Shown here: positions 18,579-28,699 of the stretch, one piece after another
How the letters are laid out: the number at the start of each line of letters is the position of its first letter
How positions within the stretch are numbered: the stretch's first letter is position 1
The notes under the pieces: model-generated
Seen by the model: only the letters and a program-made list of their open reading frames with translations
What the model was told of the DNA's origin: nothing
The model's database searches: none
Assembly: GCA_011192125.1 (NCBI GenBank)
Contig: DUEL01000005.1
Coordinates: forward strand, 1,512-65,511
DNA from: Thermoflexia bacterium
GTDB lineage: Bacteria > Chloroflexota > Anaerolineae > B4-G1 > DUEL01
DNA length: 64,000 bases
Direction: 5' to 3'
Made by a program: the position numbers and the translations under genes

Positions 18579-21500
18579 ATGCCGTCCGGAGATCCTCGAT
18601 CCAAGTCGGACTTTCTTTTCCGCGCTGACCTTGAAGAGATCGCCCCGTTCGTCGCCGAACTGATCCGCTGGGAGGCGGAGCGGCAGGCCCGCAAACTGAT
18701 CCTCATCCCCTCTGAGTCGTACGCCCCAAAAGCGGTCCGTGAGGCCCTGGGCTCCGTTTTTCAGAACGTCTACGCCGAAGGGTACCCGCCGCTGCGGATG
18801 ACCCGCGATCCGGAGGTCCGATTGCGGGACGTGGCCTGGCAGTTGGCCTTCTACCGCCGTTACGCCGACCGGCGGTTCTACAAAGGGGTGGACTACGTCC
18901 ACTTCGTCGAGTGCCTGGCCCAGCGGCGGTGCGCCGAACTGTTCGCCCACGACGGCCTGCGCCCCGAGCACATCTACGTCAACGTCCAGCCCCTCTCCGG
19001 CGCGGCGGCCAACCTGGCCGTCTACCAGGCGCTGATGGAGCCGGAGGACGTCCTGATGGGGATGGACCTCTACCAGGGCGGCCACCTGACCCACGGCTCG
19101 GAGTTCAACCTCTCCGGCCAGCGATACCGGGTGGTCTCCTACGGGGTCGATCCCAAGACGGAACGGCTGGACTACGACCAGATCCGGGATCTAGCGCGGC
19201 AACACCGCCCGAAGGTGATCGTCGCCGGGTACACGTCGTACCCCTGGGCGCCGGACTGGCACGCCTTCCGGGAGATCGCCGACGAGGTGGGGGCCTACCT
19301 GATGGCGGACATCGCCCACACCGCAGGGATGGCCGCTGCCGGGGTCTACCCCAACCCCGTCGGCATCGCCGACGTGACCGTCTTCACCACCCACAAGACG
19401 ATCTGCGGGCCGCGCGGCGCGGTCATCCTCACCACCGACGAGGGACTGGCCCAGGCGATCGACATGGCGATCTTCCCCGGCGAGCAGGGCGGTCCCCACG
19501 TCAACAAGTTCGCCGCGATGGCGGTCGCCTTCCGCATCGCCCAGACGGAGGAGTTCCGCCGCCTGCAGCACCAGATCGTCGCCAACGCCCGCGCCCTGGC
19601 GGAGGGGCTCCAGAAGCGAGGGCTGAAACTGGCCTACGGCGGCACCGACACCCACCTCCTGCTCATCGACCTGAAGTCGATCCCCTCCGACACCGGCTTC
19701 CCCCTGTGGGGTGAGCCAGCGGTCCGCATCCTCGACCTGGTCGGGATCGTCGCCAACAAGAACACCATCCCCGGCGACACCGAGACCGCGCTGGCCACAG
19801 GGGTCCGGCTGGGAACCCCCTGGGTCACCCAGCGCGGGCTCGACGAGGCGGATATGGACACCCTCGCCGGGCTCATCCACAAGGTCCTGACCAACATCAA
19901 GCCCTTCGCCTACAACGGCCTCATCGGCACCCTCCCGCGCGGCAAGATCGATCTGGACGTGATGGAAGAAGTGCGGGCAGGGGTAGCGGAGTTGGCGGAG
20001 AAGGCGGGGATCGATTTTGAGTACACAAAGAGCGGATACCCGCACTTCTGGGAAGCGGGGATGCAGGGAAACGATGGAGGGACACACAGCCGTGCGCCCC
20101 GTGCCCTGCGGGTGACGGGCTGGCGGGCGCGGCAGTTCGTCCAGCAGGTGGTGACGGCGAACGTCGCCGAACTGGCCCCCGGCGAGTCGGCAGAGGCATA
20201 TATGCTCGACCGGCACGGCGGTCTCATCGCCGAGGTGACGGTGGAGCGGGAGGAGCCGGACCGGTGGGGGCGGGATCGCTACCTGATCACACCGGCCTCC
20301 AACGGCGCGCGGGTCGCCGCCTGGCTGCGGGCCCTCTCCGACGGGTACACACTGTTCGACGAGGAGGACGTGTTCCGGAAGGTGGAGGGGCCGGTGGTGG
20401 TGGAGGAGATACCTCACCCCTCCCCCGCCGCCTCCGGCGGCACCCCCTCCCCTCTCCCATCTGGGAGAGAGGAGGGGGCCGGGGAGTGGGGTGAGGTCCT
20501 GGCCACCCACCCGGAGCGGTTCGACCTGACCAAGCCGTACTTCGTGGGCCAGGCGCATCTGAGAGCGTTCGCGCCGAAGGTCGAGCGGGAGGAGTGGCAC
20601 TGGGAGGAGCCGGAGGCCCCCCTGAAGCGGACGCCGCTGTACGAGGTCCACAAGCGGATGGGCGCCAAGATGGTCCCCTTCGCCGGGTGGGAAATGCCGG
20701 TCTGGTACACCTCGGTGAGCGAGGAGCACCGGGCGGTGCGGGAGGCCGCCGGCCTGTTCGACGTAGCCCATATGGGGGTGTTCGAGATCACCGGTCCGCA
20801 CGCCACTGCCTTCCTGGACACGGTCTGTTCCAACTACGTCGCCTGGCTGGAGGACGGCCAGTCCCTCTATGGCTACCTGCTCGACCCCGACGGGCGGGTG
20901 ATCGACGACGTGATGATCTACCGGCTCCGGGCCGACCACTACCTGATGGTGGTCAACGCGGCCAACGAGGAGAAGGACTGGGACTGGCTGAACGCGGTCA
21001 ACGAGCGGCGGGTGGTCATCGACCGGGACCGGCCCTGGGTGCAGGTGGAGGCCCAGGCGGTGCTGCGCAACCTGAAGGACCCGGCCTCCGGCGAGCGGCA
21101 GAAGCGGGACCTGGCGTTGCAGGGACCTGCGTCATTGCCCACCCTCCAGGCGCTGACCAACGACCCGGACGTGAAGGCCGCACTGCGCAGACTGCGCCGG
21201 ACCGAGTTGATGGAGTGCGAACTGGCGGGGATCCCGCTGGTGGTGGCCCGCACCGGCTACACCGGCGAGGAGTGGGGGTTTGAGATCTTTGTCCACCCCG
21301 ACGACGCCCCTCGGCTGTGGGAGGCCATCCTGGAGGCGGGAGAGGCCTTCGGCGTGAAGCCGTGCGGCCTGGGCGCGCGGGACAGCCTCCGCACCGAGGC
21401 CGGACTTCCCCTCTACGGCCACGAACTGGCCGGCCCGTTCGACATCTCCCCCATTGAGGCCGGCTTCCCCGGCTACGTCAAGTACCACAAGCCGTTCTTC

Positions 21501-21872
21501 GTCGGCCGCGACCCGCTCCTGGCCCGGGAGAAGGACCGCAGGCGGGAGGTCATCCGCTTCCGGGTCAACGAGAAGGGCGTCCGCATCCCCCACCTGGGCG
21601 ACCCCGTGGTCAACCGGAAGGGGCAGCAGATCGGCCACGTGACCAGTTGCTCCATCGACGTCGAGGGGTATCTGGTAGGGATGGCGATCGTCGAGAAGCG
21701 GTACAACGTGCCGGAGACCCCCATCGCCGTCTTCCCCCTGGGCGGCAAGTCGCTGGACGAGGCGCTGCTGCGCGGCAAGCGGGTCGCCCTGCCGGTGGCG
21801 GCGACGGTGTTGACGCGGTTCCCAGAAAGGGAAGAGGGGAGACCGAGGATGAGAATGGGTGGGGAGGATTAG
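18579..21872 (+). CDS. Fusion protein. N-terminal serine hydroxymethyltransferase-like PLP domain, a middle GcvT-like partial domain, and a C-terminal complete aminomethyltransferase (glycine cleavage T protein).
   Basis: SHMT motifs LIPSESY...YAEGYP and the PLP-Lys motif [13 protein letters not shown]. GcvT motifs [26 protein letters not shown]...LFDVAHMG. Single continuous 1098-codon frame from the ATG at 18579. Confidence 0.8.
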   Translation: MPSGDPRSKSDFLFRADLEEIAPFVAELIRWEAERQARKLILIPSESYAPKAVREALGSVFQNVYAEGYPPLRMTRDPEVRLRDVAWQLAFYRRYADRRFYKGVDYVHFVECLAQRRCAELFAHDGLRPEHIYVNVQPLSGAAANLAVYQALMEPEDVLMGMDLYQGGHLTHGSEFNLSGQRYRVVSYGVDPKTERLDYDQIRDLARQHRPKVIVAGYTSYPWAPDWHAFREIADEVGAYLMADIAHTAGMAAAGVYPNPVGIADVTVFTTHKTICGPRGAVILTTDEGLAQAIDMAIFPGEQGGPHVNKFAAMAVAFRIAQTEEFRRLQHQIVANARALAEGLQKRGLKLAYGGTDTHLLLIDLKSIPSDTGFPLWGEPAVRILDLVGIVANKNTIPGDTETALATGVRLGTPWVTQRGLDEADMDTLAGLIHKVLTNIKPFAYNGLIGTLPRGKIDLDVMEEVRAGVAELAEKAGIDFEYTKSGYPHFWEAGMQGNDGGTHSRAPRALRVTGWRARQFVQQVVTANVAELAPGESAEAYMLDRHGGLIAEVTVEREEPDRWGRDRYLITPASNGARVAAWLRALSDGYTLFDEEDVFRKVEGPVVVEEIPHPSPAASGGTPSPLPSGREEGAGEWGEVLATHPERFDLTKPYFVGQAHLRAFAPKVEREEWHWEEPEAPLKRTPLYEVHKRMGAKMVPFAGWEMPVWYTSVSEEHRAVREAAGLFDVAHMGVFEITGPHATAFLDTVCSNYVAWLEDGQSLYGYLLDPDGRVIDDVMIYRLRADHYLMVVNAANEEKDWDWLNAVNERRVVIDRDRPWVQVEAQAVLRNLKDPASGERQKRDLALQGPASLPTLQALTNDPDVKAALRRLRRTELMECELAGIPLVVARTGYTGEEWGFEIFVHPDDAPRLWEAILEAGEAFGVKPCGLGARDSLRTEAGLPLYGHELAGPFDISPIEAGFPGYVKYHKPFFVGRDPLLAREKDRRREVIRFRVNEKGVRIPHLGDPVVNRKGQQIGHVTSCSIDVEGYLVGMAIVEKRYNVPETPIAVFPLGGKSLDEALLRGKRVALPVAATVLTRFPEREEGRPRMRMGGED

Positions 21873-21874
21873 TG

Positions 21875-22597
21875 ATGAGACGAGAGACCTTCGACATCCT
21901 GTTTCTTGTGGCCCGTCCGGCGGCGGGGAAGAGCGAGATCATCGATTATCTCACACGGACGGACGTGGAGGAGCGGCGGCGCCGGTTCCACATCGGCCCC
22001 TTCGAGGTACTGGACGACTTCCCGATGCTCTGGACCTGGTTTGAGGAGGACGCGATCCTGCGCAGGATGGGCTACCCCGGCCTCCACACCGACGAGGAGG
22101 GATACTTCAAGTATCCGTACCTCTGGCACCTCCTCATCGAGCGGCTGGCGCTGGAGTTCCAGAAGCGAGAGCGGGATCGACCGCCCGACCAGGAGGTCAC
22201 CACCATCGTGGAGTTCTCCCGAGGCAGCCCGTCGGGCGGCTACCGGGAGGCCTTCCGCCACTTCCCGGAGGAGATGCTGGCACGGGGTGCGATCCTGTAC
22301 GTGCGGGTCTCCTACGAGGAGTCGCTGCGGAAGAACCGGCTCCGGTTCAACCCGGACCGGCCCGACTCCATCCTGGAGCACAGCCTGCCGGACGAGAAGA
22401 TGGAGCGACTGTACAAGGAGGACGACTGGGATGATTTCACGTCGGCGGACCCGGAGTATGTGGAGGTGAAGGGGGTGCGAGTGCCCTATGCGGTGTTTGA
22501 GAACGAAGATGACGTGACGACGGAGCGAGGGGAACCGCTGGGGCAGCGGTTGGAGGTCGTTCTGGACCAGCTCTGGGCGATCTGGTCCCGCAGGTGA
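21875..22597 (+). CDS. P-loop kinase-fold hypothetical protein (Walker-A-like ARPAAGKSE)
   Basis: LFLVARPAAGKSEIIDYL near the N-terminus; ATG overlaps the upstream stop (TGATG). Confidence 0.55.
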   Translation: MRRETFDILFLVARPAAGKSEIIDYLTRTDVEERRRRFHIGPFEVLDDFPMLWTWFEEDAILRRMGYPGLHTDEEGYFKYPYLWHLLIERLALEFQKRERDRPPDQEVTTIVEFSRGSPSGGYREAFRHFPEEMLARGAILYVRVSYEESLRKNRLRFNPDRPDSILEHSLPDEKMERLYKEDDWDDFTSADPEYVEVKGVRVPYAVFENEDDVTTERGEPLGQRLEVVLDQLWAIWSRR

Positions 22598-22601
22598 GCG
22601 C

Positions 22602-22670
22602 TGTTTCACCGCAGAGATGCAAAGGGCGCAGAGGTTTCCACGGTTTTTCGCAAAGGTAAAGAGACGATGC
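22602..22670. repeat. Family-A repeat (degenerate right arm)
   Basis: tttcaccgcagagatgcaaagggcgcagagg. Confidence 0.5.
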
Positions 22671-23665
22671 GGAAAGGCGTATCTACTCGACCACCCGTCT
22701 TCGTCACTCGCCCCATCCCCGAGGCCGGCCTCCGCCGGGTGCGGGACGCCTGCGAGGTCCGGATGTGGGAAGGGGAACTACCTCCACCCAAGGAGGTGAT
22801 CCTCAAAGAAGTGGCCGAATGTGAGGGCTTGCTTTGCCTGCTGACCGACCCCATCGACGCGGAGGTGGTCGGCGCCGGAAGACACCTTCGGGTGATCAGC
22901 CAGATGGCTGTGGGGGTCGACAACATCGACCTGGAGGCCGCCACGGCGCGGGGGATCCCCGTCGGCCACACACCAGGGGTCCTCACCGAGGCCACCGCCG
23001 ACCTGACCTTCGCCCTGCTCCTCGCCGCCGCACGGCGCATCCCGGAGGGGATCGAGTACGTCCGCCAGGGACGGTGGCGCACCTGGGAGCCGATGGTCCT
23101 CCTCGGGAGGGAGGTCTGGGGGAAAACGCTGGGCATCGTCGGACTGGGGCGCATCGGGACGGCGGTGGCCCGCCGCGCGCGGGGGTTCGCGATGCGGGTC
23201 CTCTACCACAGCCGAAGCCGCAAGCCGGATCTGGAGGCGGAACTGGGCGTGGAGTACACGCCGCTGGACGACCTGCTGGCTCAGGCCGACTTCGTCAGCC
23301 TCCACTGCCCGCTGACCCCCGAGACCCACCACCTCATCGACGAGGAGGCGCTGCGCCGGATGAAGCCGACGGCGATCCTGATCAACGCCGCCCGCGGGCC
23401 GGTGGTGGATACCGACGCGCTGCTGCGGGCGCTGCGGGAAGGCTGGATCGAGGCGGCCGGTCTCGACGTCACCGACCCCGAGCCGCTGCCGGCGGACCAC
23501 CCCCTGCTCGACCTCCCCAACTGCATCGTCATCCCCCACCTGGGCAGCGCGACGGTCGCTGCAAGGGAACGGATGGCGACGATGGCGGCGGAGAACCTGC
23601 TGGCAGGGCTGCGTGGGGAGCGGCTGCCGTACTGCGCGAATCCCGAGGTCTACGAGGCCAGATGA
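22667..23665 (+). CDS. D-isomer-specific 2-hydroxyacid dehydrogenase (glyoxylate/hydroxypyruvate reductase-like)
   Basis: NAD-binding GxGxxG ([13 protein letters not shown]), catalytic [20 protein letters not shown]. Confidence 0.8.
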   Translation: MRKGVSTRPPVFVTRPIPEAGLRRVRDACEVRMWEGELPPPKEVILKEVAECEGLLCLLTDPIDAEVVGAGRHLRVISQMAVGVDNIDLEAATARGIPVGHTPGVLTEATADLTFALLLAAARRIPEGIEYVRQGRWRTWEPMVLLGREVWGKTLGIVGLGRIGTAVARRARGFAMRVLYHSRSRKPDLEAELGVEYTPLDDLLAQADFVSLHCPLTPETHHLIDEEALRRMKPTAILINAARGPVVDTDALLRALREGWIEAAGLDVTDPEPLPADHPLLDLPNCIVIPHLGSATVAARERMATMAAENLLAGLRGERLPYCANPEVYEAR

Positions 23666-23681
23666 CTGGGGTGACTGGAAA

Positions 23682-24095
23682 ATGGGACGAGTGATCTCCA
23701 CGGAAGGACCAGGGAAGATACGGAATCAGCATCGGCGGACGATCGCCGAGGTGTTGCGGATTTTGAGCCAGAAGCGGGAACTGGACGAGGAGGTGAAGGA
23801 CCTGGCCGCCGTCATCGTCTTCTCGCTCCACGGCATCGCCGACACGGTGGAGCAGACGACGGCGGCATGGGATAAGAGGAACTATTACCTCAAGGCCGAC
23901 CGGTTCCGACGGGAGTGGGCCTGGGTCGAGGAGGCGATCGAGGAACTGAGCGACCTCATCTACCGGGGACGTTGGGAGCATCTCCCCGCCTTCCTGGCCC
24001 GGTTGGCCCCCCGCTTCGCCGACGTGAAGGTATCCCGCCTGACCCGCAACCCATCCCTTTGGAAAGGGGCCTACCAGCGCTTCATGCAGGAATGA
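23682..24095 (+). CDS. Hypothetical protein (137 aa)
   Basis: ORF with no recognisable motif; followed by a strong palindrome. Confidence 0.4.
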   Translation: MGRVISTEGPGKIRNQHRRTIAEVLRILSQKRELDEEVKDLAAVIVFSLHGIADTVEQTTAAWDKRNYYLKADRFRREWAWVEEAIEELSDLIYRGRWEHLPAFLARLAPRFADVKVSRLTRNPSLWKGAYQRFMQE

Positions 24096-24101
24096 GCCCT
24101 C

Positions 24102-24167
24102 CACGAATAGAGCACGAATGCACGAATGGCGGCCTCACCCATTCGTGCATTCGTGCTCTATTCGTGG
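24102..24167. terminator. Perfect 28-bp inverted repeat (family C, CACGAAT/ATTCGTG triple repeats) between convergent genes
   Basis: CACGAATAGAGCACGAATGCACGAATGG-cggcctcac-CCATTCGTGCATTCGTGCTCTATTCGTG. Confidence 0.6.
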
Positions 24168-24203
24168 ACGGCGGCGGGTGCGACCTTGTCTCCCCGCGAC
24201 CCG

Positions 24204-25529
24204 CTAGAGCCGTTCCTCCGGCCCGACGGGCAGCGCCACCAGGCCGCTGATCACCTTGGGATAGAAGTCGGTGGACTTCTGCGGCATCCGCTCGCTGGCG
24301 GCGGTGCAAGCCCGCACCTGCTCGATGCGGGTGGGGTTCATCAGCAGCAGGAACTGGGCCTCCCCCTTGTCCACCGCCGCAAAACCGGGCGTGGGATCGC
24401 GCAGGTAGTCGATGTTCTCCTTCCGCTTGACCGCCTCTTTGTCGATCCCCAGCACCCGCTCGATGAACAGTTCGTGCAGGACCACCACGTCCAGCATCCG
24501 CCAGTCGGCAGCGCGGTCGGGCAGGAGTTGGGCCATCACGCCTGGATCGCGCAACTCCAGCACCGCGTAGGCCCCGTCGTAGAAGCCGAAGCGCGGGTGG
24601 TCGGGCCTAGCCTCCGCCAGCGCCTTCTCCACCGCCGCCCGGTCCGAAGCGGGCGTCACCTCGAAGTACTCCTTCGCCTTCTCCAACGCCGCCTTCCCAT
24701 CCATCCGGGTGTAGGAGTGGATGAGCCGGTGGGTGGGGAGGATCACAAGACCCGGATCGCTCATACTGACCAGCGTGACCATCGTGTAGTTGAAGGCGGC
24801 GTCGGCGGGGGCGTCCGGGTATTTCTGGCGCATCTCGTCCCGGAAGGTGAGCGCGGTCTCGTACCGGTGGTGCCCGTCGGCGATGATCAGGTTCCGCTTG
24901 GGGGCCATCTCCTCTGCCACAGCCCGGATCACCTCCGGATCGTCCACCACCCAGAACCGCTGTTCCACCGCGCTCTCGATCACCTGCTCCCGCGCGACGA
25001 TCGGCTCGTGCGTCTCCAGATAGGACTGGAGAATGGAGTTGACACGGTTCTCGTCGTCGGGGTAGAGGATGAAGATGTGCCCCCAGGCCGTCTCGGTGGC
25101 GCGGAACAGGTTCAGCCGATCCACCTTGGGACCGGAGAGGGTCCGCTCGTGGGGGAGGATCACCCCCTCGTCGAAACGGGTCAGTTGGAGCGCGGCGCTG
25201 AACCCCCGGCGGGTGCGGGTCTCGCCGGTCGGCGTGGTGTAGGTCTGCTCCAGGACGTAGATCGCCGGCCGCTCCTCCCGCATCAACACTCCCTCCGCCA
25301 ACCAGGTACGGGCGTAGCAGCGAGCGCGGGTATAGACATTGTCCGTCTCGCTATCCCACGGCGTCGCCTTGCCCCGGATGATGCGGACGAAGTTGTAGGG
25401 GCTCAGTTCGTAGTACCGCTCCTGCTGCGGCTCGTGGATGCGGTCGTAGGGCTGGGTGATCACCTTCGAGAGGTCGCCGACCTTCTCGACGTTGTAGCGC
25501 AATCCGCGAAACGGTTTCACAATCGCCAT
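24204..25529 (-). CDS. DUF1015 family protein
   Basis: N-terminal MAIVKPFRGLRYN typical of DUF1015. True start is MAIVKPF; the ORF extension MSSVSLWW comes from the repeat element. Confidence 0.7.
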   Translation of the reverse strand: MAIVKPFRGLRYNVEKVGDLSKVITQPYDRIHEPQQERYYELSPYNFVRIIRGKATPWDSETDNVYTRARCYARTWLAEGVLMREERPAIYVLEQTYTTPTGETRTRRGFSAALQLTRFDEGVILPHERTLSGPKVDRLNLFRATETAWGHIFILYPDDENRVNSILQSYLETHEPIVAREQVIESAVEQRFWVVDDPEVIRAVAEEMAPKRNLIIADGHHRYETALTFRDEMRQKYPDAPADAAFNYTMVTLVSMSDPGLVILPTHRLIHSYTRMDGKAALEKAKEYFEVTPASDRAAVEKALAEARPDHPRFGFYDGAYAVLELRDPGVMAQLLPDRAADWRMLDVVVLHELFIERVLGIDKEAVKRKENIDYLRDPTPGFAAVDKGEAQFLLLMNPTRIEQVRACTAASERMPQKSTDFYPKVISGLVALPVGPEERL

Positions 25530-25549
25530 CGTCTACCTCCATTACGTAG

Positions 25550-25632
25550 TTCCACCACAGAGACACAGAGGACACAGAGTTTTTCTCTTGTTTTTTGCGT
25601 TTCTCAGCGCACTCTGTGCCTCTGTGGTTTTT
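25550..25632. repeat. Family-A palindromic intergenic repeat (full copy)
   Basis: ccaccacagagacacagaggacacagag ... ctctgtgcctctgtggtt. Confidence 0.7.
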
Positions 25633-25639
25633 TGTTCCA

Positions 25640-26323
25640 CTAAAACTCCGCCTTGTAGAACGACACCACGGTCACCACGTAGGCGATCATCTTCGGCAGC
25701 ATCAGCATCCCCGCGATGGGGTACCGGTCGACGAAGAGGATGGTGCCGAGGTAGCAGGTGAAGGAGACGATCACCGACCACCCGGCGACGGTCAGCCATT
25801 TACTTCCGGCGCGCAGGAACATCCCGGCGAGGACGAACCCGGCAAAAGCAAAGGGGATATTCCGGTAGATACGCCACGCGGGGGCCGGGCCACCCCAGTT
25901 GTTCTGGGGGAAGAAGAGAAGCACCACACGCACCGCCAGCGCTGCCACCACCAGCCACTCTACCCAGGTCCACGGATGGCCCGTCTTCTCCTGGCGGTAC
26001 AGGAGGGCGAAAAGATAGAAGAAAGTAAGCGTGAAGGAGGTGGCGAAGGAGCCGACGCCGAGCCAGGAGACCAGGTAGCCGCCCCAGTGGAGGGCGATCG
26101 CCTCCACACTGGAGAGGGTCCGGTGGGCGTAAGCGACGATGTGGACCGTGTCGCCGAGGATCAGCGTGACCACCGCCGCCAGCAGCCAGCGACTGCTCCT
26201 CTGCTGCTCCGGCGACTGCTGCCCGTACCGCCTGATCATCAACGCGGCGACGGTCAGGATGCTCGCCAGGTAGGCGAAGTTGAGCAGATTGACGACGATC
26301 CCCATAGGTCCGGTGGTAGGCAT
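25640..26323 (-). CDS. Integral membrane protein (about 6 TM helices), hypothetical
   Basis: Hydropathy pattern; lies in the riboswitch-controlled operon. Confidence 0.5.
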   Translation of the reverse strand: MPTTGPMGIVVNLLNFAYLASILTVAALMIRRYGQQSPEQQRSSRWLLAAVVTLILGDTVHIVAYAHRTLSSVEAIALHWGGYLVSWLGVGSFATSFTLTFFYLFALLYRQEKTGHPWTWVEWLVVAALAVRVVLLFFPQNNWGGPAPAWRIYRNIPFAFAGFVLAGMFLRAGSKWLTVAGWSVIVSFTCYLGTILFVDRYPIAGMLMLPKMIAYVVTVVSFYKAEF

Positions 26324-26391
26324 AGTCTACTCCTTATCTCATAGCTCCGGCTGGTGCGACGCACCTTGAAGTACGTCGCACCAGCCCTACC

Positions 26392-27306
26392 CTACCCCAT
26401 CCTCTGCGCGAACTCGATGGCGATGCGGGCCACCTCCTCGCCCACGCGGGCCTTCGCTTCTTTGGTCCCCGCACCGATGTGGGGCGAGCCGATGACCTGT
26501 GGCAACTCCATCAGCCGCTTGCCCCGGTCCTCCTTCTCGTCCTCGAACACGTCCAGCGCTGCCCCCGCCACCTTGCCGCTGACGATAGCGTCGTACAGCG
26601 CCCCCTCGTCCAGCGTTCCGCCCCGGCCACAATTGATGATATAGACCCCGTCCTTCATCTTGGCGAACTCCTCCGCGCCGATGAGGTAGTGGGTCTCCGG
26701 GGTGTGGGGGACGTGGAGGGAGATGAAGTCGGAGCGGGCCAGGAGTTCGTCCAGGGAGACCTGGGTAGCGCCGGGGACCTCGACCCGGGTGCGGCGGTAG
26801 TAGATGACCTCCATCCCCAGCGCGGCCGCCTTCTGGGCCACCAGGCTCCCGATCCGACCGCAGCCCACCAGCCCCAGTGTCTTCCCGGCCAGTTCGATCC
26901 CCTTACTGAAGGCCTTCTTCTCCCACTTTCCTGCCTTCATCGACGCGGTGGCCTGGGGGATCTGCCGGGCCAGGGCGAAGAGGTAGCCGATGGTCAACTC
27001 GGCCACCGAGTTCGAGGAGGCGGCCGGGGTGTTGCGCACCTCGATCCCTTTCGACTGGGCGTACTCCACGTCGATGTTATCCAGCCCCACCCCACCGCGG
27101 ATGATCAACTTCAGGTTGGTCGCTTTGTCGATGAGGGGAGCACGGACCTTGGTGCGGCTGCGGACGACGATGGCGTCGTAGTCATCGATGACCGCCTCCA
27201 GTTCCTCCGGCGAGATGTCGTCCCGCACGTCCACCTCGATCCCCGCCTCGCGCATCGCAGCGATGGCTTTTTCATCGGTTGGGTCGCAGATCAGGAGCCT
27301 CATCAT
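26392..27306 (-). CDS. Short-form D-3-phosphoglycerate dehydrogenase-like 2-hydroxyacid dehydrogenase (no ACT domain)
   Basis: GGVGLDNIDVEYAQSKGI...GLVGCGRIGSLVA; catalytic His region HIGAGT. Confidence 0.8.
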   Translation of the reverse strand: MMRLLICDPTDEKAIAAMREAGIEVDVRDDISPEELEAVIDDYDAIVVRSRTKVRAPLIDKATNLKLIIRGGVGLDNIDVEYAQSKGIEVRNTPAASSNSVAELTIGYLFALARQIPQATASMKAGKWEKKAFSKGIELAGKTLGLVGCGRIGSLVAQKAAALGMEVIYYRRTRVEVPGATQVSLDELLARSDFISLHVPHTPETHYLIGAEEFAKMKDGVYIINCGRGGTLDEGALYDAIVSGKVAGAALDVFEDEKEDRGKRLMELPQVIGSPHIGAGTKEAKARVGEEVARIAIEFAQRMG

Positions 27307-27319
27307 TACCTCCTTAGAC

Positions 27320-28387
27320 TTACAATCCCAGAATATCGTTGATCTGCTCCAACAGCCACTTGATGTCCTCCACCGTCAGGTCGCCCATGTGTGCGATACG
27401 GAAGCACTTTTCCTTCAGATCACCGTAGCCGTTGGAGATGATGGCACCCCGCTTGCGCAGTTCCTCGTTCAGCCCGGCGACGCTGATGCCGCGGGTGTTC
27501 TTGACATTGGTAACGGTGAGGGAGAGGTACCGCTCGTCGGAGTAGAGGGCGAAGTACTCGCGGGCCCAGTCCTGCACGATGGCCGCCATATCCTTGTGCC
27601 GCTGCCACCGGTTCTCCAGCCCCTCGGCCAGGATGTCGTCCATCTGCTTGTTGAGGGCCCAGATCAGGCTGATCGCAGGGGTCGCCGGGGTCTGGTGCTT
27701 CTCGTACTTCTTATCCATCTGCTCGTAGGAGAAATAGTAGCCCGGATTGGCGACCTGCCTGGCCCGTTCCCGCGCCCGGTCGCTCACCGCGCAGACCGTC
27801 AGCCCAGGCGGGAGGGCGAAGCACTTCTGCACACCAGCCAGGCAGACATCCAGCCCCCAGGCGTCGAACTCGATCTTCACCCCGGCCATACAACTGACCG
27901 CGTCCACCAGGATGAGCACGTCGGGGTACTTGTCGTGGATGAGGGCGGCGATGTCCTTGACCGGGTTCATCACGCCGGTGGAGGTCTCGTTCATCACGAT
28001 GGTCACCGCGTCGTACTCGCCGCTGGCCAGCGCCTCATCCACCATCTCCGGCGTGATCGCCTGCCCCATCGGCACCTCGATCTTGTCGCAGGGGATGCCG
28101 TTCGCCTTGGTGATCTGGTGCCACCGCTTGGAGAAGGCACCGCAGACGGTGTTGAGAACCTTCTTGGTGGAGGCCTGCCGGACCGAACCCTCCATCACGC
28201 CGGTTGACGAAGAGGTGTAGAGGTAGACCCGCTGCGTGGTGTAGAGAAGTTTCTGGAGTTTGGGGGTCACCTCAGCCTGCAGCGCCGAGTACTCCGGCGT
28301 CCGATGGCCGATCATCGGGACCGTCTGAGCCTGCAGAACCTCCTCCCGAACGTGCGTCGGACCGGGGATAAACAGTTTCGGATACAT
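27320..28387 (-). CDS. Class-V aminotransferase (serine-glyoxylate / alanine-glyoxylate / phosphoserine aminotransferase family)
   Basis: MYPKLFIPGPT N-terminus; PLP-Lys motif GVQKCFALPPGL. First gene downstream of the glycine riboswitch. Confidence 0.8.
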   Translation of the reverse strand: MYPKLFIPGPTHVREEVLQAQTVPMIGHRTPEYSALQAEVTPKLQKLLYTTQRVYLYTSSSTGVMEGSVRQASTKKVLNTVCGAFSKRWHQITKANGIPCDKIEVPMGQAITPEMVDEALASGEYDAVTIVMNETSTGVMNPVKDIAALIHDKYPDVLILVDAVSCMAGVKIEFDAWGLDVCLAGVQKCFALPPGLTVCAVSDRARERARQVANPGYYFSYEQMDKKYEKHQTPATPAISLIWALNKQMDDILAEGLENRWQRHKDMAAIVQDWAREYFALYSDERYLSLTVTNVKNTRGISVAGLNEELRKRGAIISNGYGDLKEKCFRIAHMGDLTVEDIKWLLEQINDILGL

Positions 28388-28435
28388 CGCTCACCTCCTC
28401 ACAGATGGGTTGATCGCCTCGTAACACTCCATCCC

Positions 28436-28660
28436 AAGAAAAAAGGGGAACGCACGACCGGCATGCATTCCCCCTGTCCACGACCTGAGAGATTCCCCAC
28501 CCTCCGCCGGAGGGCGGGTTGCCCCGTCGGTGCCCGGCGGGCTCTCCAGGGGTGGCTACGACACGGGGTCCTTTTACCTGAGAGTTTCACCGACGACGTC
28601 CGGTCCCCACCGTCGGCTTGCCCCTTCGGTGCCTCCGACGAGGTCTCTCCCCCGTGTCCG
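28436..28660 (-). promoter_or_regulatory. Tandem glycine riboswitch (two aptamers) with an intrinsic-terminator expression platform
   Basis: Minus-strand aptamer 1: GGGGGAGAGACC...GGCACCGAAGGGGCAAGCC...GUGAAACUCUCAGGUAAAAGGAC. Aptamer 2: CUGGAGAGCC...GCACCGACGGGGCAACC...GAAUCUCUCAGGUCGUGGACAGGGG. Then terminator GGGGAATGCA-N9-TGCGTTCCCC + TTTTTTCTT, then RBS GAGGAGG and the ATG. Confidence 0.88.
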
Positions 28661-28699
28661 CCACGGACGATCAATTTACTCTTTGGATCGACAGAGCCC

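Noticed and set aside
25351-25575. N-terminal ORF extensions reading MSSVSLWW... (also 41131-41170, MPSVSLWWDKVSD)
   Set aside because: These are translation artefacts of family-A repeat arms. The genuine starts are the conserved MAIVKPF (DUF1015) and MPRTKIIC (pyruvate kinase).
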